A stretch of 64,000 nucleotides of DNA, taken from Candidatus Giovannonibacteria bacterium (GTDB taxonomy: Bacteria; Patescibacteriota; Minisyncoccia; JACPKW01; UBA11713). The position numbers and the translations under genes were made by a program. The notes beneath the pieces are model-generated. The model was not told where the DNA came from, made no database searches, and worked only from the letters and a program-made list of their open reading frames with translations. This document shows positions 19,480 through 29,104 of the stretch, one piece after another. Positions within the stretch are counted from its first letter, which is position 1; each line of letters starts with the position of its first letter. The stretch spans positions 66,025 through 130,024 of the forward strand of contig JACPKW010000005.1 in assembly GCA_016186825.1 (NCBI GenBank), given 5' to 3'.

Positions 19480-21000
19480 ATGAAATACTTTTTATACATC
19501 AGAAAATCAACGGACGAGGACGACAGACAAGTTTTGTCGCTGGAAGCGCAGGAAACGGAATTGAAAGAATTTGCCTTGCGGGAAAATCTTTTGATCGCCG
19601 CGACTTTCCGCGAATCGCAGACCGCCAAAGAGCCGGGCAGACCGATTTTTAACGATATGCTCAAACGAATGGAGCGCGGCGAGGCCGAGGGGATTTTAGC
19701 GTGGCATCCAGACCGATTGGCGAGAAACAGCATAGACGGCGGACGGATTATTTTCTTGGTAGACACTGAAAAAATCAGATCGCTAAAATCCCCGACATTT
19801 TGGTTTGAGCCGACCCCGCAAGGCAAATTCATGCTCAATATCGCTTTTGGGCAATCCAAATACTTTGTGGATAATCTTTCAGTGAATACCAAAAGAGGGT
19901 TGCGTCAAAAATTGCGCCGAGGCGAATTGCCCGGCTATGCGCCGCTTGGCTATTTGAACGACTTGCTAAAACACACAATCTACAAAGACCCCGAACGTTT
20001 TCGCCTCGTCCGCAAACTTTTTGAACTTTACGCAACCGGAAATTATTCTCTGAAAGATTTGCGGAAGTTGATAACTTCCGCCGGCTTGTTGAGCCGCAAA
20101 GGAAATATGCTTTCCGTCTCCAATATCCAAAATATACTCTCTACTTCATTTTATTATGGCGTATTCAAATACAATGGCGAACTCTACGACGGAAAGCATG
20201 AGCCAATGATTGCAAAGAAACTTTTTGAAGCGTGCCAAAAAGTGATGGCGGATCGTTCGCGCCCGAAAAAGCCGAGCCAAAAGGAATATCCGTTTAGAAA
20301 CTTGCTCAAGTGCGGCGAGTGCGGGTGCGCTATCACTTCCGAAACGCAAAAAGGACATAACTACTACCGCTGTACCAAAAAGAAAGACAAGCAATGTTCG
20401 CAAAAATATATCCGCGAGGAAGTTTTGGCACGCCAGATTTCGGACGAGATTCAAAAAGTTTCTTTGCCTCCCGCTTGGGCGGAGTGGATGTTAGCAGAAC
20501 TCAACAAGGAAGAAGCAGAAGCCGCCCAAGCGGGCGCCGTTTTCGCTCAAAATCTCAAAAACAAAATAAAAGAGCTTGAAGGAAAGCTCGACCTGCTTTT
20601 AGATGCACATTTAGCCAGCACTATTTCGCGCGAGGAATACACCGCCAAAAAAGAGAAATTGATAATTGAAAAGGCCGAGCTTTCCGAAAAATTGAAGGAT
20701 TTTGAGCGAAACGGCAATCATTGGCTCGAACCGGCCCGGCAATTCATTTTAGCGGCTCAACAAGCCAAAATTATCGCTTTGCAAGAAAATCCCGTCACGG
20801 GACGGGATTTTCTAAAAAGAATTGGCTCGAACCACGTTTTGCGCTCGCAAGCGATTTGCTTTGAACCCAAAAAGTCGTGGAAAATTCTTGCTGATGTGCC
20901 CGCCGAGGGGCGAAGCCCCGAGGCGGTGAACTCGTATCATACAATTTGGCTCCCCGGGCAGGATTCGAACCTGCGACCCACTCCTTACACTTATCCCTAA
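19480..21000 (+). CDS. Large serine recombinase (resolvase + recombinase + Zn-ribbon + coiled coil)
   Basis: YIRKST catalytic Ser, DRLARN, GYAPLGY, CGECG...YYRC; ORF reads through the antisense tRNA 3' exon. Confidence 0.95.
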   Translation: MKYFLYIRKSTDEDDRQVLSLEAQETELKEFALRENLLIAATFRESQTAKEPGRPIFNDMLKRMERGEAEGILAWHPDRLARNSIDGGRIIFLVDTEKIRSLKSPTFWFEPTPQGKFMLNIAFGQSKYFVDNLSVNTKRGLRQKLRRGELPGYAPLGYLNDLLKHTIYKDPERFRLVRKLFELYATGNYSLKDLRKLITSAGLLSRKGNMLSVSNIQNILSTSFYYGVFKYNGELYDGKHEPMIAKKLFEACQKVMADRSRPKKPSQKEYPFRNLLKCGECGCAITSETQKGHNYYRCTKKKDKQCSQKYIREEVLARQISDEIQKVSLPPAWAEWMLAELNKEEAEAAQAGAVFAQNLKNKIKELEGKLDLLLDAHLASTISREEYTAKKEKLIIEKAELSEKLKDFERNGNHWLEPARQFILAAQQAKIIALQENPVTGRDFLKRIGSNHVLRSQAICFEPKKSWKILADVPAEGRSPEAVNSYHTIWLPGQDSNLRPTPYTYP

Positions 21001-21271
21001 GTTTCCTTGGGGGGTGGACTATATCATCATCCCTGTTTTTGGATGCGAGGCGCTTCGACCGTCGCTTGTGACGGGCTACTCTCTTTCGAGATAGTCTCTG
21101 AACCTTCCTTCATCTTGCTTCGCAATCCGAAGCTTTAGCGAAAGATTGGCTGCGGATTACCTTAGAAAAATTCTTTAGGCTTCCCGCAATTCACCTCGTT
21201 TTTCAACCGGAATTACTTCCGGAAGCTGCCATTTTTGACAGGGAGTCGCTCTACCGCTGAGCTACCGGGGA
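20947..21271 (-). tRNA. tRNA-Asn(GTT) interrupted by a group I intron
   Basis: 5' exon 21271-21238 TCCCCGGTAGCTCAGCGGTAGAGCGACTCCCTGT; 3' exon 20987-20947 TAAGGAGTGGGTCGCAGGTTCGAATCCTGCCCGGGGAGCCA; spliced loop CT-GTT-AA. Confidence 0.92.
20988..21237 (-). ncRNA. Group I intron (250 nt) at anticodon position 35/36
   Basis: P AATTGCGGGAA, Q AATCCGCAGC, R TTCAGAGACTA, S ATGATATAGTCC; 5' exon ends in U; terminal omega-G. Confidence 0.9.
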
Positions 21272-21389
21272 ATATCTGCTGATATTATAACTTTCTGATT
21301 CCGTTTTCAACATTTCAGCTCAAAATTGCTCTGAAATTTGCTTTCATATAGAATAAAAAGATAAAAAATTAGCTCTGTTAAACGCATAT

Positions 21390-22745
21390 ATGAAAGTCCT
21401 ACTTCTTAATATTGAAGCTCGGTCCGATAAAAAATGTATAAATAAAGACCTCGCAGGCGGAATGGGGACGGGAACATGGATTGGAAATTCGCTTCGAGCG
21501 CGCATTTTTGAGAAAACAAAAAAATCTAATGTCGTTTTGCCTGTAATAACTTCGCCTTATCTCGCGGCAATTTTTAAGAAAGGAGGCTGGGAAGTTAAAG
21601 TTCTTCATATCGGCAAGGGCACTGACGTGCCCGACAAAAAGGCGGATTTGGCGCTCGTACCGACTTCGATCGTTGACTGCACTCACGAAAAAGAAATCGC
21701 TCGAATATTGAAAGACCGCGGAATTTGCACGGGCGTATACGGAACATTCGCAACGACCGTCCCCGAATTTTTCAAAAACGATTCAAATTTTGTCATGCAG
21801 GGAGAGCCTGAAGCAGTCGCGATGCAAATTATCGCGAGCGGGAAACTTCCGGAAGGAAACATCTTTGCTCCTCCAGTTGAAAATCCGGATGTTCTCCCCT
21901 TTCCGGACTGGGACCAATTTCCAGTCGAAAAATATTCATATTCGCCTGCACTGAACAAGCGTCCCGTCCTTACGATGCTCGCCTCGCGGGGATGCCCCTA
22001 CAGCTGCTTTTTTTATTGCCCTTACCCGATCAACGCTGGAAGAAAATGGCGCATGCGTTCCGTTGGGAACGTTATTGATGAGATGGTTTATTTAAAAGAG
22101 AGGTACGGCATTAAGGCCGTCGATTTTCGAGACGCAAATTTTTCAGTCGACATGAAAAGGGCGGCAGAATTTTCCGAGAGGCTGCGCGAAAAAAATCTCG
22201 GGGTGATTTGGTCCGCTGAAACACGGATTGATCGCCTGGACAAGCCGCTGATCGATAAAATGTATGAAGCGGGACTCCGTCACTTTAACTTCGGAATTGA
22301 GTCTTCAGATGTGGGAGTTTTGAAAAGCTCCAATCGCATGCCTGTAGAATATCGGCACCAGGAAGATATCCTAGCTTACTGCAGAAAAAAAGGGATTACT
22401 GTCGCGGCTTTTTATATTCTTGGGCTTGAAAGTGACACTGTTGAAAGCTTCAAAGAAACAGTAAGCTATGCGAAAAAACTTAATACGCTTGTTGCGCAGT
22501 TTTCGATCTCAACGCCTTATCCCGGAACACAGTTTTACCAAAAAATGAAGGAAGAAAACCGGATCATTTCTAAAAACTGGGAAGATTACGATGAATACAC
22601 TCCGACATTCAAGCACGCGCATCTATCAGCAGACGAATTATTAAGCTTGAAGGAATACGCCTTTACGTCATACTATTTCCGCCCGGGATATCTTTTAAAG
22701 TACATGCCTAAGTATTTTTTTGAAAAATATTTGTGGCGATTTTGA
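21390..22745 (+). CDS. B12-binding-type radical SAM protein
   Basis: SRGCPYSCFFYC cluster motif, GIES, TPYPGT. Confidence 0.88.
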   Translation: MKVLLLNIEARSDKKCINKDLAGGMGTGTWIGNSLRARIFEKTKKSNVVLPVITSPYLAAIFKKGGWEVKVLHIGKGTDVPDKKADLALVPTSIVDCTHEKEIARILKDRGICTGVYGTFATTVPEFFKNDSNFVMQGEPEAVAMQIIASGKLPEGNIFAPPVENPDVLPFPDWDQFPVEKYSYSPALNKRPVLTMLASRGCPYSCFFYCPYPINAGRKWRMRSVGNVIDEMVYLKERYGIKAVDFRDANFSVDMKRAAEFSERLREKNLGVIWSAETRIDRLDKPLIDKMYEAGLRHFNFGIESSDVGVLKSSNRMPVEYRHQEDILAYCRKKGITVAAFYILGLESDTVESFKETVSYAKKLNTLVAQFSISTPYPGTQFYQKMKEENRIISKNWEDYDEYTPTFKHAHLSADELLSLKEYAFTSYYFRPGYLLKYMPKYFFEKYLWRF

Positions 22746-23548
22746 TCACCGGAGAACGGGGATTCATCGGATCGCACCTCGTCCAGTATCTTCAAAAACT
22801 GGATTTTGAAATTGTTTTCTTTAATAGAGACATTTCGGACAGAAAAAATTTTGAAACATTTGAAACGGATAAAAAAATTTCTGCCGTAATTCACTTGGCA
22901 GCAGCCGTAAACAAGAGAAGCTCCGAAGCTTTCAAAAAAACCAACGTTGAAGGAACAAAAAATATCATTGAGTTATGCAAGCACATTCAGGCCGAACGCC
23001 TGATTTTTTTATCAAGCATCCGCGCGCTTTCATCGAGAAGCGATCCTTACATTGACTCAAAAAAAGAAGCGGAAAAGATTATTAGAGATTCGGGCCTGCC
23101 GCATATAATTCTCCGCCCGAGCATCGTTTATGGTCCGGGTGATAAGAAAAATCTAACTTTATTAGTCAAAAGACTAAAACAGCTGCCATTCTGGCCGGTT
23201 TTTAAATTTCGCATGCAGCCGCTCTACATTGGCGACTTGGTTCAAGTGATCCACAAAAGTCTCGACTTGCCCCCAAACTCAATCCTAAAAATAACCGGAA
23301 AGGAAGTTATAAGTTATACAGATCTGCTTGATTATATGGCAGAACTTGGTTATAAACGCGCAAGAATTAACTCTCCGAGTTTTTTTAATTTTTTAATTAA
23401 GGCTATGTCGCGCCTGCCATTTTCCCCTTTCCCCCGCTGGCAGGTGGAAACGCTTTTTGCCGATGAAATTTATGAAGGCGACCAGTGGTCCGAAAAATTT
23501 AATATAAAACCTACCCTTTTTTGCGAGGGAATAAGGCAAATTGTTTAA
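22733..23548 (+). CDS. NAD-dependent epimerase/dehydratase (SDR)
   Basis: ITGERGFIG, HLAA, YIDSK, LRPS.VYGPG. Confidence 0.88.
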   Translation: MAILITGERGFIGSHLVQYLQKLDFEIVFFNRDISDRKNFETFETDKKISAVIHLAAAVNKRSSEAFKKTNVEGTKNIIELCKHIQAERLIFLSSIRALSSRSDPYIDSKKEAEKIIRDSGLPHIILRPSIVYGPGDKKNLTLLVKRLKQLPFWPVFKFRMQPLYIGDLVQVIHKSLDLPPNSILKITGKEVISYTDLLDYMAELGYKRARINSPSFFNFLIKAMSRLPFSPFPRWQVETLFADEIYEGDQWSEKFNIKPTLFCEGIRQIV

Positions 23549-23568
23549 GCCGACGCGCGCAAAGCAGA

Positions 23569-24414
23569 TTAAATTCCGAGCCCCATTTCTTCAACAAATT
23601 CATTTATCGCTTCCACTGGGATTGCATAGCTTACGCTGTCGCCAATCGTAGTCGCAACATTTATCCCAATCGCCTCGCCCGCTTTGTTCAAAAGCGGCCC
23701 ACCCGAATCGCCCGGATAAAGTTTTGCAGAGGTCTGAATCAGCCCCTCCATTCTTTCAAGATCAAATTCGTTTGTAATATAAATCTCACGGTTTAAATTC
23801 AAAATTTTCCCGTTTGAAACTGAATCTAAATATTTTCCGAGAGCGTTGCCAATTCCGAGAACATCTACACCCACATTCGTTTTCGAGGAATGCGCCAATT
23901 TAATTGTTGGAAAATCTCCCCGATGTTTTTCGCTAATTTTTAATATCGCGAGATCATGATTTTTGTCTTTGTAAATTACTAGCGCAGGAAGCTCGCGCTC
24001 GCCGGTGTTTACTCTATATTCCGCGAGAGGATCGTCAACAACATGCTTATTGGTAATTATGTAGCCGTCACTGGAAATAAAAAATCCTGAACCTGAAGAA
24101 ATTTTCTGTCGCACGGGAATTTCTCCGGTTATGCTGATTGTATAAAATTGTCCGCCTCTGATATGGTAAACCGATCTTTCGACATTCCGATAGGCGCTGA
24201 TCAAGATCACCGCGGGTGCTGCCTCGGCGATAATGTCATTTGACGATTTGCTAGATTTAAGTTTATTATCAACGCCAAGATTTTCAACTCTTCCTTGAAT
24301 TGTCTGGTGAAAATAAAAAGCTGCTTTCGCAATGTTTTCTGTGTCTGCAAGTTGGAATAATAAACCGAAAAATAGCGCAAATGTGAGAACTTTCCTTATA
24401 GATCCCATATCCAC
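23569..24414 (-). CDS. Trypsin-like serine protease (HtrA/S1C-like, no PDZ)
   Basis: GSGFF, TNKHVV, DLAILK, PGDSGGPL. Confidence 0.9.
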   Translation of the reverse strand: MDMGSIRKVLTFALFFGLLFQLADTENIAKAAFYFHQTIQGRVENLGVDNKLKSSKSSNDIIAEAAPAVILISAYRNVERSVYHIRGGQFYTISITGEIPVRQKISSGSGFFISSDGYIITNKHVVDDPLAEYRVNTGERELPALVIYKDKNHDLAILKISEKHRGDFPTIKLAHSSKTNVGVDVLGIGNALGKYLDSVSNGKILNLNREIYITNEFDLERMEGLIQTSAKLYPGDSGGPLLNKAGEAIGINVATTIGDSVSYAIPVEAINEFVEEMGLGI

Positions 24415-24572
24415 GTATATATTGATACACCTTAATGGCTAAAAAGTTTCCAAAGCCTCAAATTTGAGAACGGTATATAATGAAGTCGCAAGCTCATGCA
24501 AGCTTGGAGGGAAGATGATCGCAGATGGCGACATTTCTCATTATTGGGCTGTTATAAAATTTGAACTTAATT

Positions 24573-24764
24573 ATGCTTAAGGGCGAAGAAAAAATCGGAG
24601 GGCACCGCGATCCGGTCTGCGGCATGCAAGTTGATCCGGAAAAAACAAAATTTTCCGCCAAGCAAGGCGATGAAATTTGCTATTTTTGCTCGGAATACTG
24701 CTACAAAAGATTTCTCGCGGAGCCCGAGAAATTTACAGCTGAAGCAGAAAAGGAAGAAGAATAG
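24573..24764 (+). CDS. YHS-domain protein
   Basis: DPVCGMQV...YFCSEYC...F..EPEKF. Confidence 0.82.
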   Translation: MLKGEEKIGGHRDPVCGMQVDPEKTKFSAKQGDEICYFCSEYCYKRFLAEPEKFTAEAEKEEE

Positions 24765-24857
24765 CGAGAAATCGCTCAAACTTATCTAGAAACTCAAAGT
24801 TAAAAACTCCGCTTATAAATGGAAAGGTCGTCTTATATGTATTTTAAATAAGATCTT

Positions 24858-25079
24858 ATGACAAAGTTCTCGATAACTTGCACCTGCGGCGATCCCCTCT
24901 CTGTAGAGGCGGCAAACCGTGAGGAAGCGGTGATAAAAATGAAAAATATGATGACGCAGGATGCGATCGATAAGCATTTTGAAGAAAAACACCCCGAGGA
25001 AGTTCCTCCGGACAAAAATACGCTGCATGCGATGATCGAAAGGGATTTGGATTTGGCAAAAGAAAAGCTTGCAGGGTAA
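24858..25079 (+). CDS. Small metal-binding protein (DUF1059-like)
   Basis: CTCG...A.NREEAV...H..EKH. Confidence 0.65.
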   Translation: MTKFSITCTCGDPLSVEAANREEAVIKMKNMMTQDAIDKHFEEKHPEEVPPDKNTLHAMIERDLDLAKEKLAG

Positions 25080-25120
25080 AAATTGTAAGAAATCCAGCCG
25101 AGAGGCGTTACTAAATTAAT

Positions 25121-26824
25121 ATGACAATAGAGAAAGCCGAACAGAACTTCGTTGTTTTTATTTACGGCTCGATTATCCTTTTTGCACTTTTGACCTCCCA
25201 TCCGGCTGAAGCAGAAGCCAACCTTATCCTAAATCCGGGGTTCGAGAATACAGGAGCAAATGGGCTGCCCGTCGATTGGGCAAAGGGGAACTACGGAACA
25301 AATAGCGCACTTTTCGATTATCCCGTCGCAGGCGTGGGAGACTCTAAAGCCGCTCGGGTCAGAGTTTCAGCTTATACGTCCGGCGATGCCAAATGGGCGT
25401 TTAAAGACGTCGCGGTCATCCCCGGAAAAGAGTACGAATTTTCTTCAACATATAGTTCTGATATAGGAAGCTATATCACCGTCCAATTTAGAAAATCGGA
25501 CGGTTCGCTTTCTTGGACGGATATTGCAAACCCAAGCGCATCAGCAGAATTTACAACCCTGACAGCGAGGTTTGTTGTACCTGCAAATGTTCAGTCTGTC
25601 ACAGTTTTTCATTTGATAAAAAATGTCGGGAGCCTCACGACGGATAATCTTTCTTTAACAGAAGTTTCCGCGCCTCCGCCGCCGCCAAGCGATCCGGCTA
25701 ATTTGATCCAGAATCCGTCTCTCGAGACAGCGAACGCCTCCGGCCTCCCTGCAAATTGGCTTACCGGAAGATTCGGATCAAACACAGCTTCGTTTATCTA
25801 TCCCGTAGCAGGGTCGGCGAGCGCACGCGCCGCCCGGGTTTCGATCAGTAATTATGTTTCGGGGGATGCCAAATGGTACTTTTCTGAAATTTCCGTCGCG
25901 TCGGGGGAATCATATTCTTTTTCGGACGAGTTTAAATCAAATTCCAAAAGTTATATTACTGCGCAATTCCGGAATTCAGACGGCAATTTTTCCTACCTAG
26001 ATATAGGGACAGTAAACGCAGCTTCTAACTGGCAGAGATTTGAAACATTTTTCACTATTCCCGCCGGCGTTACGCAGCTGACAATTTTTCATCTCATTAA
26101 ATCGGACGGAATACTTGAGGTGGATAATTATTCCCTGAAAAAAACATTTTTCGACCCGACGCATTTCGACAAAGGATATATTTCCCTCAATTTCGACGAC
26201 GGGTGGCTTTCGACATTTCAAAACGCGATCCCAATTCTTGACTCGGCTGGATTCAAAAGCACTCAATTTATTGTAACCGGCAGGATGAATCCGCAATTTC
26301 CCGCGTATGTCCAGCCCGATCAAGTTTTGCAAATGCAGTCGAGCGGGCATGAAATAGGAGCGCACGGCCGCACACATGATTCGCTGACTCTAATGTCTCC
26401 CGCCGAGGCCGAACAACAAATTGCGGGCTCGCGCAGCGACTTGCTTCAAATTGGCGTAACCCCGGCAAATTTTTTCTCATATCCTTTCGGTGATTATAAT
26501 GATGCCGTCAAGCAGATAGTCCGAGACGCAGGATTTAAAGGAGCGCGGTCTTCCGACGGAGGCATGAATTTAAAAAATTCCGATCCTTACGCGCTTAAAA
26601 GACAATCGGTAACTTCCGCCACCACGCTGGGGCAGATGGAAAGCTATGTCTCCGAAGCGATATCTCAAAAGGCGTGGTCCATTATTGTTTTCCACGAAAT
26701 TAACGACAGCAGGCGCCAATACAGCACGAGCCCCGCGATTTTCAGCCAATTTGTGGATTACTTAAAACAGAATAATATTACCCCGATCACGATGGACCAG
26801 GGTTTTTCGCTTATAAATAACTGA
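25121..26824 (+). CDS. Secreted polysaccharide deacetylase with two CBM-like repeats
   Basis: Two NLI.NP..E...GDAKW.F modules; FDDG, HEIGAHGRTH, YPFG (CE4). Confidence 0.88.
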   Translation: MTIEKAEQNFVVFIYGSIILFALLTSHPAEAEANLILNPGFENTGANGLPVDWAKGNYGTNSALFDYPVAGVGDSKAARVRVSAYTSGDAKWAFKDVAVIPGKEYEFSSTYSSDIGSYITVQFRKSDGSLSWTDIANPSASAEFTTLTARFVVPANVQSVTVFHLIKNVGSLTTDNLSLTEVSAPPPPPSDPANLIQNPSLETANASGLPANWLTGRFGSNTASFIYPVAGSASARAARVSISNYVSGDAKWYFSEISVASGESYSFSDEFKSNSKSYITAQFRNSDGNFSYLDIGTVNAASNWQRFETFFTIPAGVTQLTIFHLIKSDGILEVDNYSLKKTFFDPTHFDKGYISLNFDDGWLSTFQNAIPILDSAGFKSTQFIVTGRMNPQFPAYVQPDQVLQMQSSGHEIGAHGRTHDSLTLMSPAEAEQQIAGSRSDLLQIGVTPANFFSYPFGDYNDAVKQIVRDAGFKGARSSDGGMNLKNSDPYALKRQSVTSATTLGQMESYVSEAISQKAWSIIVFHEINDSRRQYSTSPAIFSQFVDYLKQNNITPITMDQGFSLINN

Positions 26825-26922
26825 TGAAAACAATAAAACCGCCGCAAGGTTATAGTAATTAAATGTTATAAAAAAACTATTATCAGCATGTAAGATAGAA
26901 AAAATATCTGCGTCATAAAAAC

Positions 26923-27732
26923 ATGGCAGCATCTTTCAAAAAAAACCAATCCATAGGGATTATCGGCCAGGGCTTCGTAGGCAGAGTCCTTAAAAGTTAT
27001 TATCCAGATGCAAAAGTATACGATATCGCACCGGGAAATTGGGATAACTTGGAAAACGTGCTCGCACAAAATTATATTTTTATCGCGGTCAATTTTAAAG
27101 ATAACGGACTTAGCGATAAAAGCAGAGGCGAGCTCGAAAAATATTTTTCCAAAATGCCCGCGGGAAGAAAAGTCATATTCAAATCAACCTTAGTCCCCGG
27201 GGTAACAGATTATTTTCAAGAGCTATATCCGAAATTATTTTTCTGCTTTAATCCGGAATTTTTAACAGAGGCTACAGCCTGGGAAGACTTTACTCAGCCC
27301 CAATTTCAGATTTTGGGATTCCCGAAATCCGCGCCCGAGTTTTCAGACGAATTATTTGAATTGCTTCCAGATGCGGCCGAAAAAAAAGTAATGAGCGCGC
27401 GCGAGGCGGAGACGTTGAAACATGCCCAGAATTCTTACTATGCAATGAAGGTTGTTTTTTTCAATCAATTATATGACGCCTGCCTCAATCTCGGCGCCGA
27501 TTACGAAAAAATCAGAGAAATTCTCATTAAGAATCCTTGGATCGGTGACAGCCACACGATAATCTGGCACAAGGGCTACCGAGGTTTTTCAGGAAAGTGT
27601 CTGCCGAAAGACATCAAAGCTTTCTTAACAGTGACAGATTTGCCGCTTCTCAAAACAGTCCTGGAAATAAATTCCTCGCTTACTTCCCAAACTCCCCTTG
27701 AGCTCCCCGAAAAAACAAGCGAGAAGCTCTGA
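26923..27732 (+). CDS. UDP-glucose 6-dehydrogenase-like (short form)
   Basis: GQGFVG, KST, FNPEFL, GFSGKCLPKD. Confidence 0.85.
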   Translation: MAASFKKNQSIGIIGQGFVGRVLKSYYPDAKVYDIAPGNWDNLENVLAQNYIFIAVNFKDNGLSDKSRGELEKYFSKMPAGRKVIFKSTLVPGVTDYFQELYPKLFFCFNPEFLTEATAWEDFTQPQFQILGFPKSAPEFSDELFELLPDAAEKKVMSAREAETLKHAQNSYYAMKVVFFNQLYDACLNLGADYEKIREILIKNPWIGDSHTIIWHKGYRGFSGKCLPKDIKAFLTVTDLPLLKTVLEINSSLTSQTPLELPEKTSEKL

Positions 27733-27759
27733 TAAAATTATCAAACTAATTTATCTAGT

Positions 27760-29103
27760 ATGGATGCGAGAGCGCACTCACCGTTTGTTGCTATTTCTAG
27801 CGCCAAAGTTACAAACTCTCAGCGGAGCCAACGTTTTAAATTTAGCTTGTTAATTTTTTTCGCGCTCTGTATTTTATCCCTGATTGTTCTGATAAAAGCA
27901 AAGACCACTTCAACGCTTCGCGAAAATGCCCTCTTATTTTTTTACGGTATATTTGTTACAAGCTTCCAGCTTTCGCGGCTTGCAGGCGCGCTCTTATATC
28001 AGCGCAAAGCGCAACAGGACTTTATAAAACCTAATTATGAGCCTTATGTTTCAGTCGTAGTTCCATGTAAAAACGAGGAGGGCGCGATTGAGAAAACCGT
28101 TCTTATGTGCGCTGGGGCAGATTACCCTCTTGAAAAGCTGGAACTCATATTTATTAACGACGGAAGTACGGATAATACATATAAAGTTCTTTTGAACGTT
28201 AAGAAAAAACTGCGTCCCGAATTCGCGCAACGCCTTACGATAATAAATTTCGAAAAAAATCGTGGCAAGCGACATGCCATGGCGGAGGGATTCAGGCGTG
28301 CAAAAGGTGACATTGTCGTCCAGCTTGATTCAGACAGCTATATTGTCCCCGAGACTTTTCGCGAATTAATTTTGCCTTTCGCAGATTCGGAAATCGGCGC
28401 TGTTACAGCGCACGCCGAGCCGGAAAATGCCGAGAAGAACTTCTGGACTAAAATGCAGGCCGCCTACTACTTTGTTTCCTTTCGAATAATGAAAGCGGCG
28501 GAGTGCACATTCGGGCTCGTGCTTTGTTGCAGCGGATGCTCATCAAGCTATCGCAAATCCACAGTGCTTCCTATTTTAGACCAGTGGTTAGGCGAAAAAT
28601 TTTTGGGTTTGCCCGTCACATGGGGCGACGACCGCTCGCTTACGAGCTGGGTAATAAGACGCGGCTACAAAACAACTTATGTTGAAAATGCAAAAGCCAT
28701 GACTGTGGTTCCTGAAAACTCTAAACAGCTTATTAAACAGCAACTCCGCTGGAAAAAATCATGGATAATTAATTCTTATCTGACTTCCCGCTTTATTTTC
28801 AGGGCGGACTCCTTTTTTGCGGCCGCATATTTTTTTCCGCTTGCGATTATTACGATCCTTACGCCTTTTGTCGCCGTCAGCGCCCTGATTGTCTCGCCGC
28901 TGCAGGGGCTCTGGCCTCTTTACTATCTGATCGGCTTGATACTTATTAACTCGCTGCTCGTGCTCTATTATCGCTCTCTTTCGCCGGGCAACCGATTCTG
29001 GCCGTATTTTTATGCCTGGACATTATTTAATACTTTTTTCCTTTCATTCCTGCTTTTCTGGGCAGTGATAAAAATTCAGGATAGAGGCTGGGGAACAAGA
29101 TAA
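27760..29103 (+). CDS. Processive GT2, hyaluronan synthase/NodC-like
   Basis: DGS, GKRHAM, DSDS, CCSG, GDDRSLT, QQLRW.KS, C-terminal WGTR. Confidence 0.88.
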   Translation: MDARAHSPFVAISSAKVTNSQRSQRFKFSLLIFFALCILSLIVLIKAKTTSTLRENALLFFYGIFVTSFQLSRLAGALLYQRKAQQDFIKPNYEPYVSVVVPCKNEEGAIEKTVLMCAGADYPLEKLELIFINDGSTDNTYKVLLNVKKKLRPEFAQRLTIINFEKNRGKRHAMAEGFRRAKGDIVVQLDSDSYIVPETFRELILPFADSEIGAVTAHAEPENAEKNFWTKMQAAYYFVSFRIMKAAECTFGLVLCCSGCSSSYRKSTVLPILDQWLGEKFLGLPVTWGDDRSLTSWVIRRGYKTTYVENAKAMTVVPENSKQLIKQQLRWKKSWIINSYLTSRFIFRADSFFAAAYFFPLAIITILTPFVAVSALIVSPLQGLWPLYYLIGLILINSLLVLYYRSLSPGNRFWPYFYAWTLFNTFFLSFLLFWAVIKIQDRGWGTR

Positions 29104-29104
29104 T

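Larger units (their letters stand above)
13455..20953. mobile_element. Serine-recombinase integrative element at the tRNA-Asn 3' end
   Basis: Direct TTGGCTCC core at 13455-13462 and 20946-20953 (tRNA 3' end); large serine recombinase; internal hybrid junction around 19258-19265. Confidence 0.85.

Noticed and set aside
18927-19483. Overlapping ORFs here and at 13304-13715 with identical peptides
   Set aside because: They are shadows of the inverted repeat and have no coding hallmarks, apart from the short alternative recombinase tail.
21231-21271. tRNA-Asp(GTC) call from the unspliced 5' half
   Set aside because: Group I rules (exon ends in U, intron ends in G) give GTT, and the acceptor stem is Asn-type.
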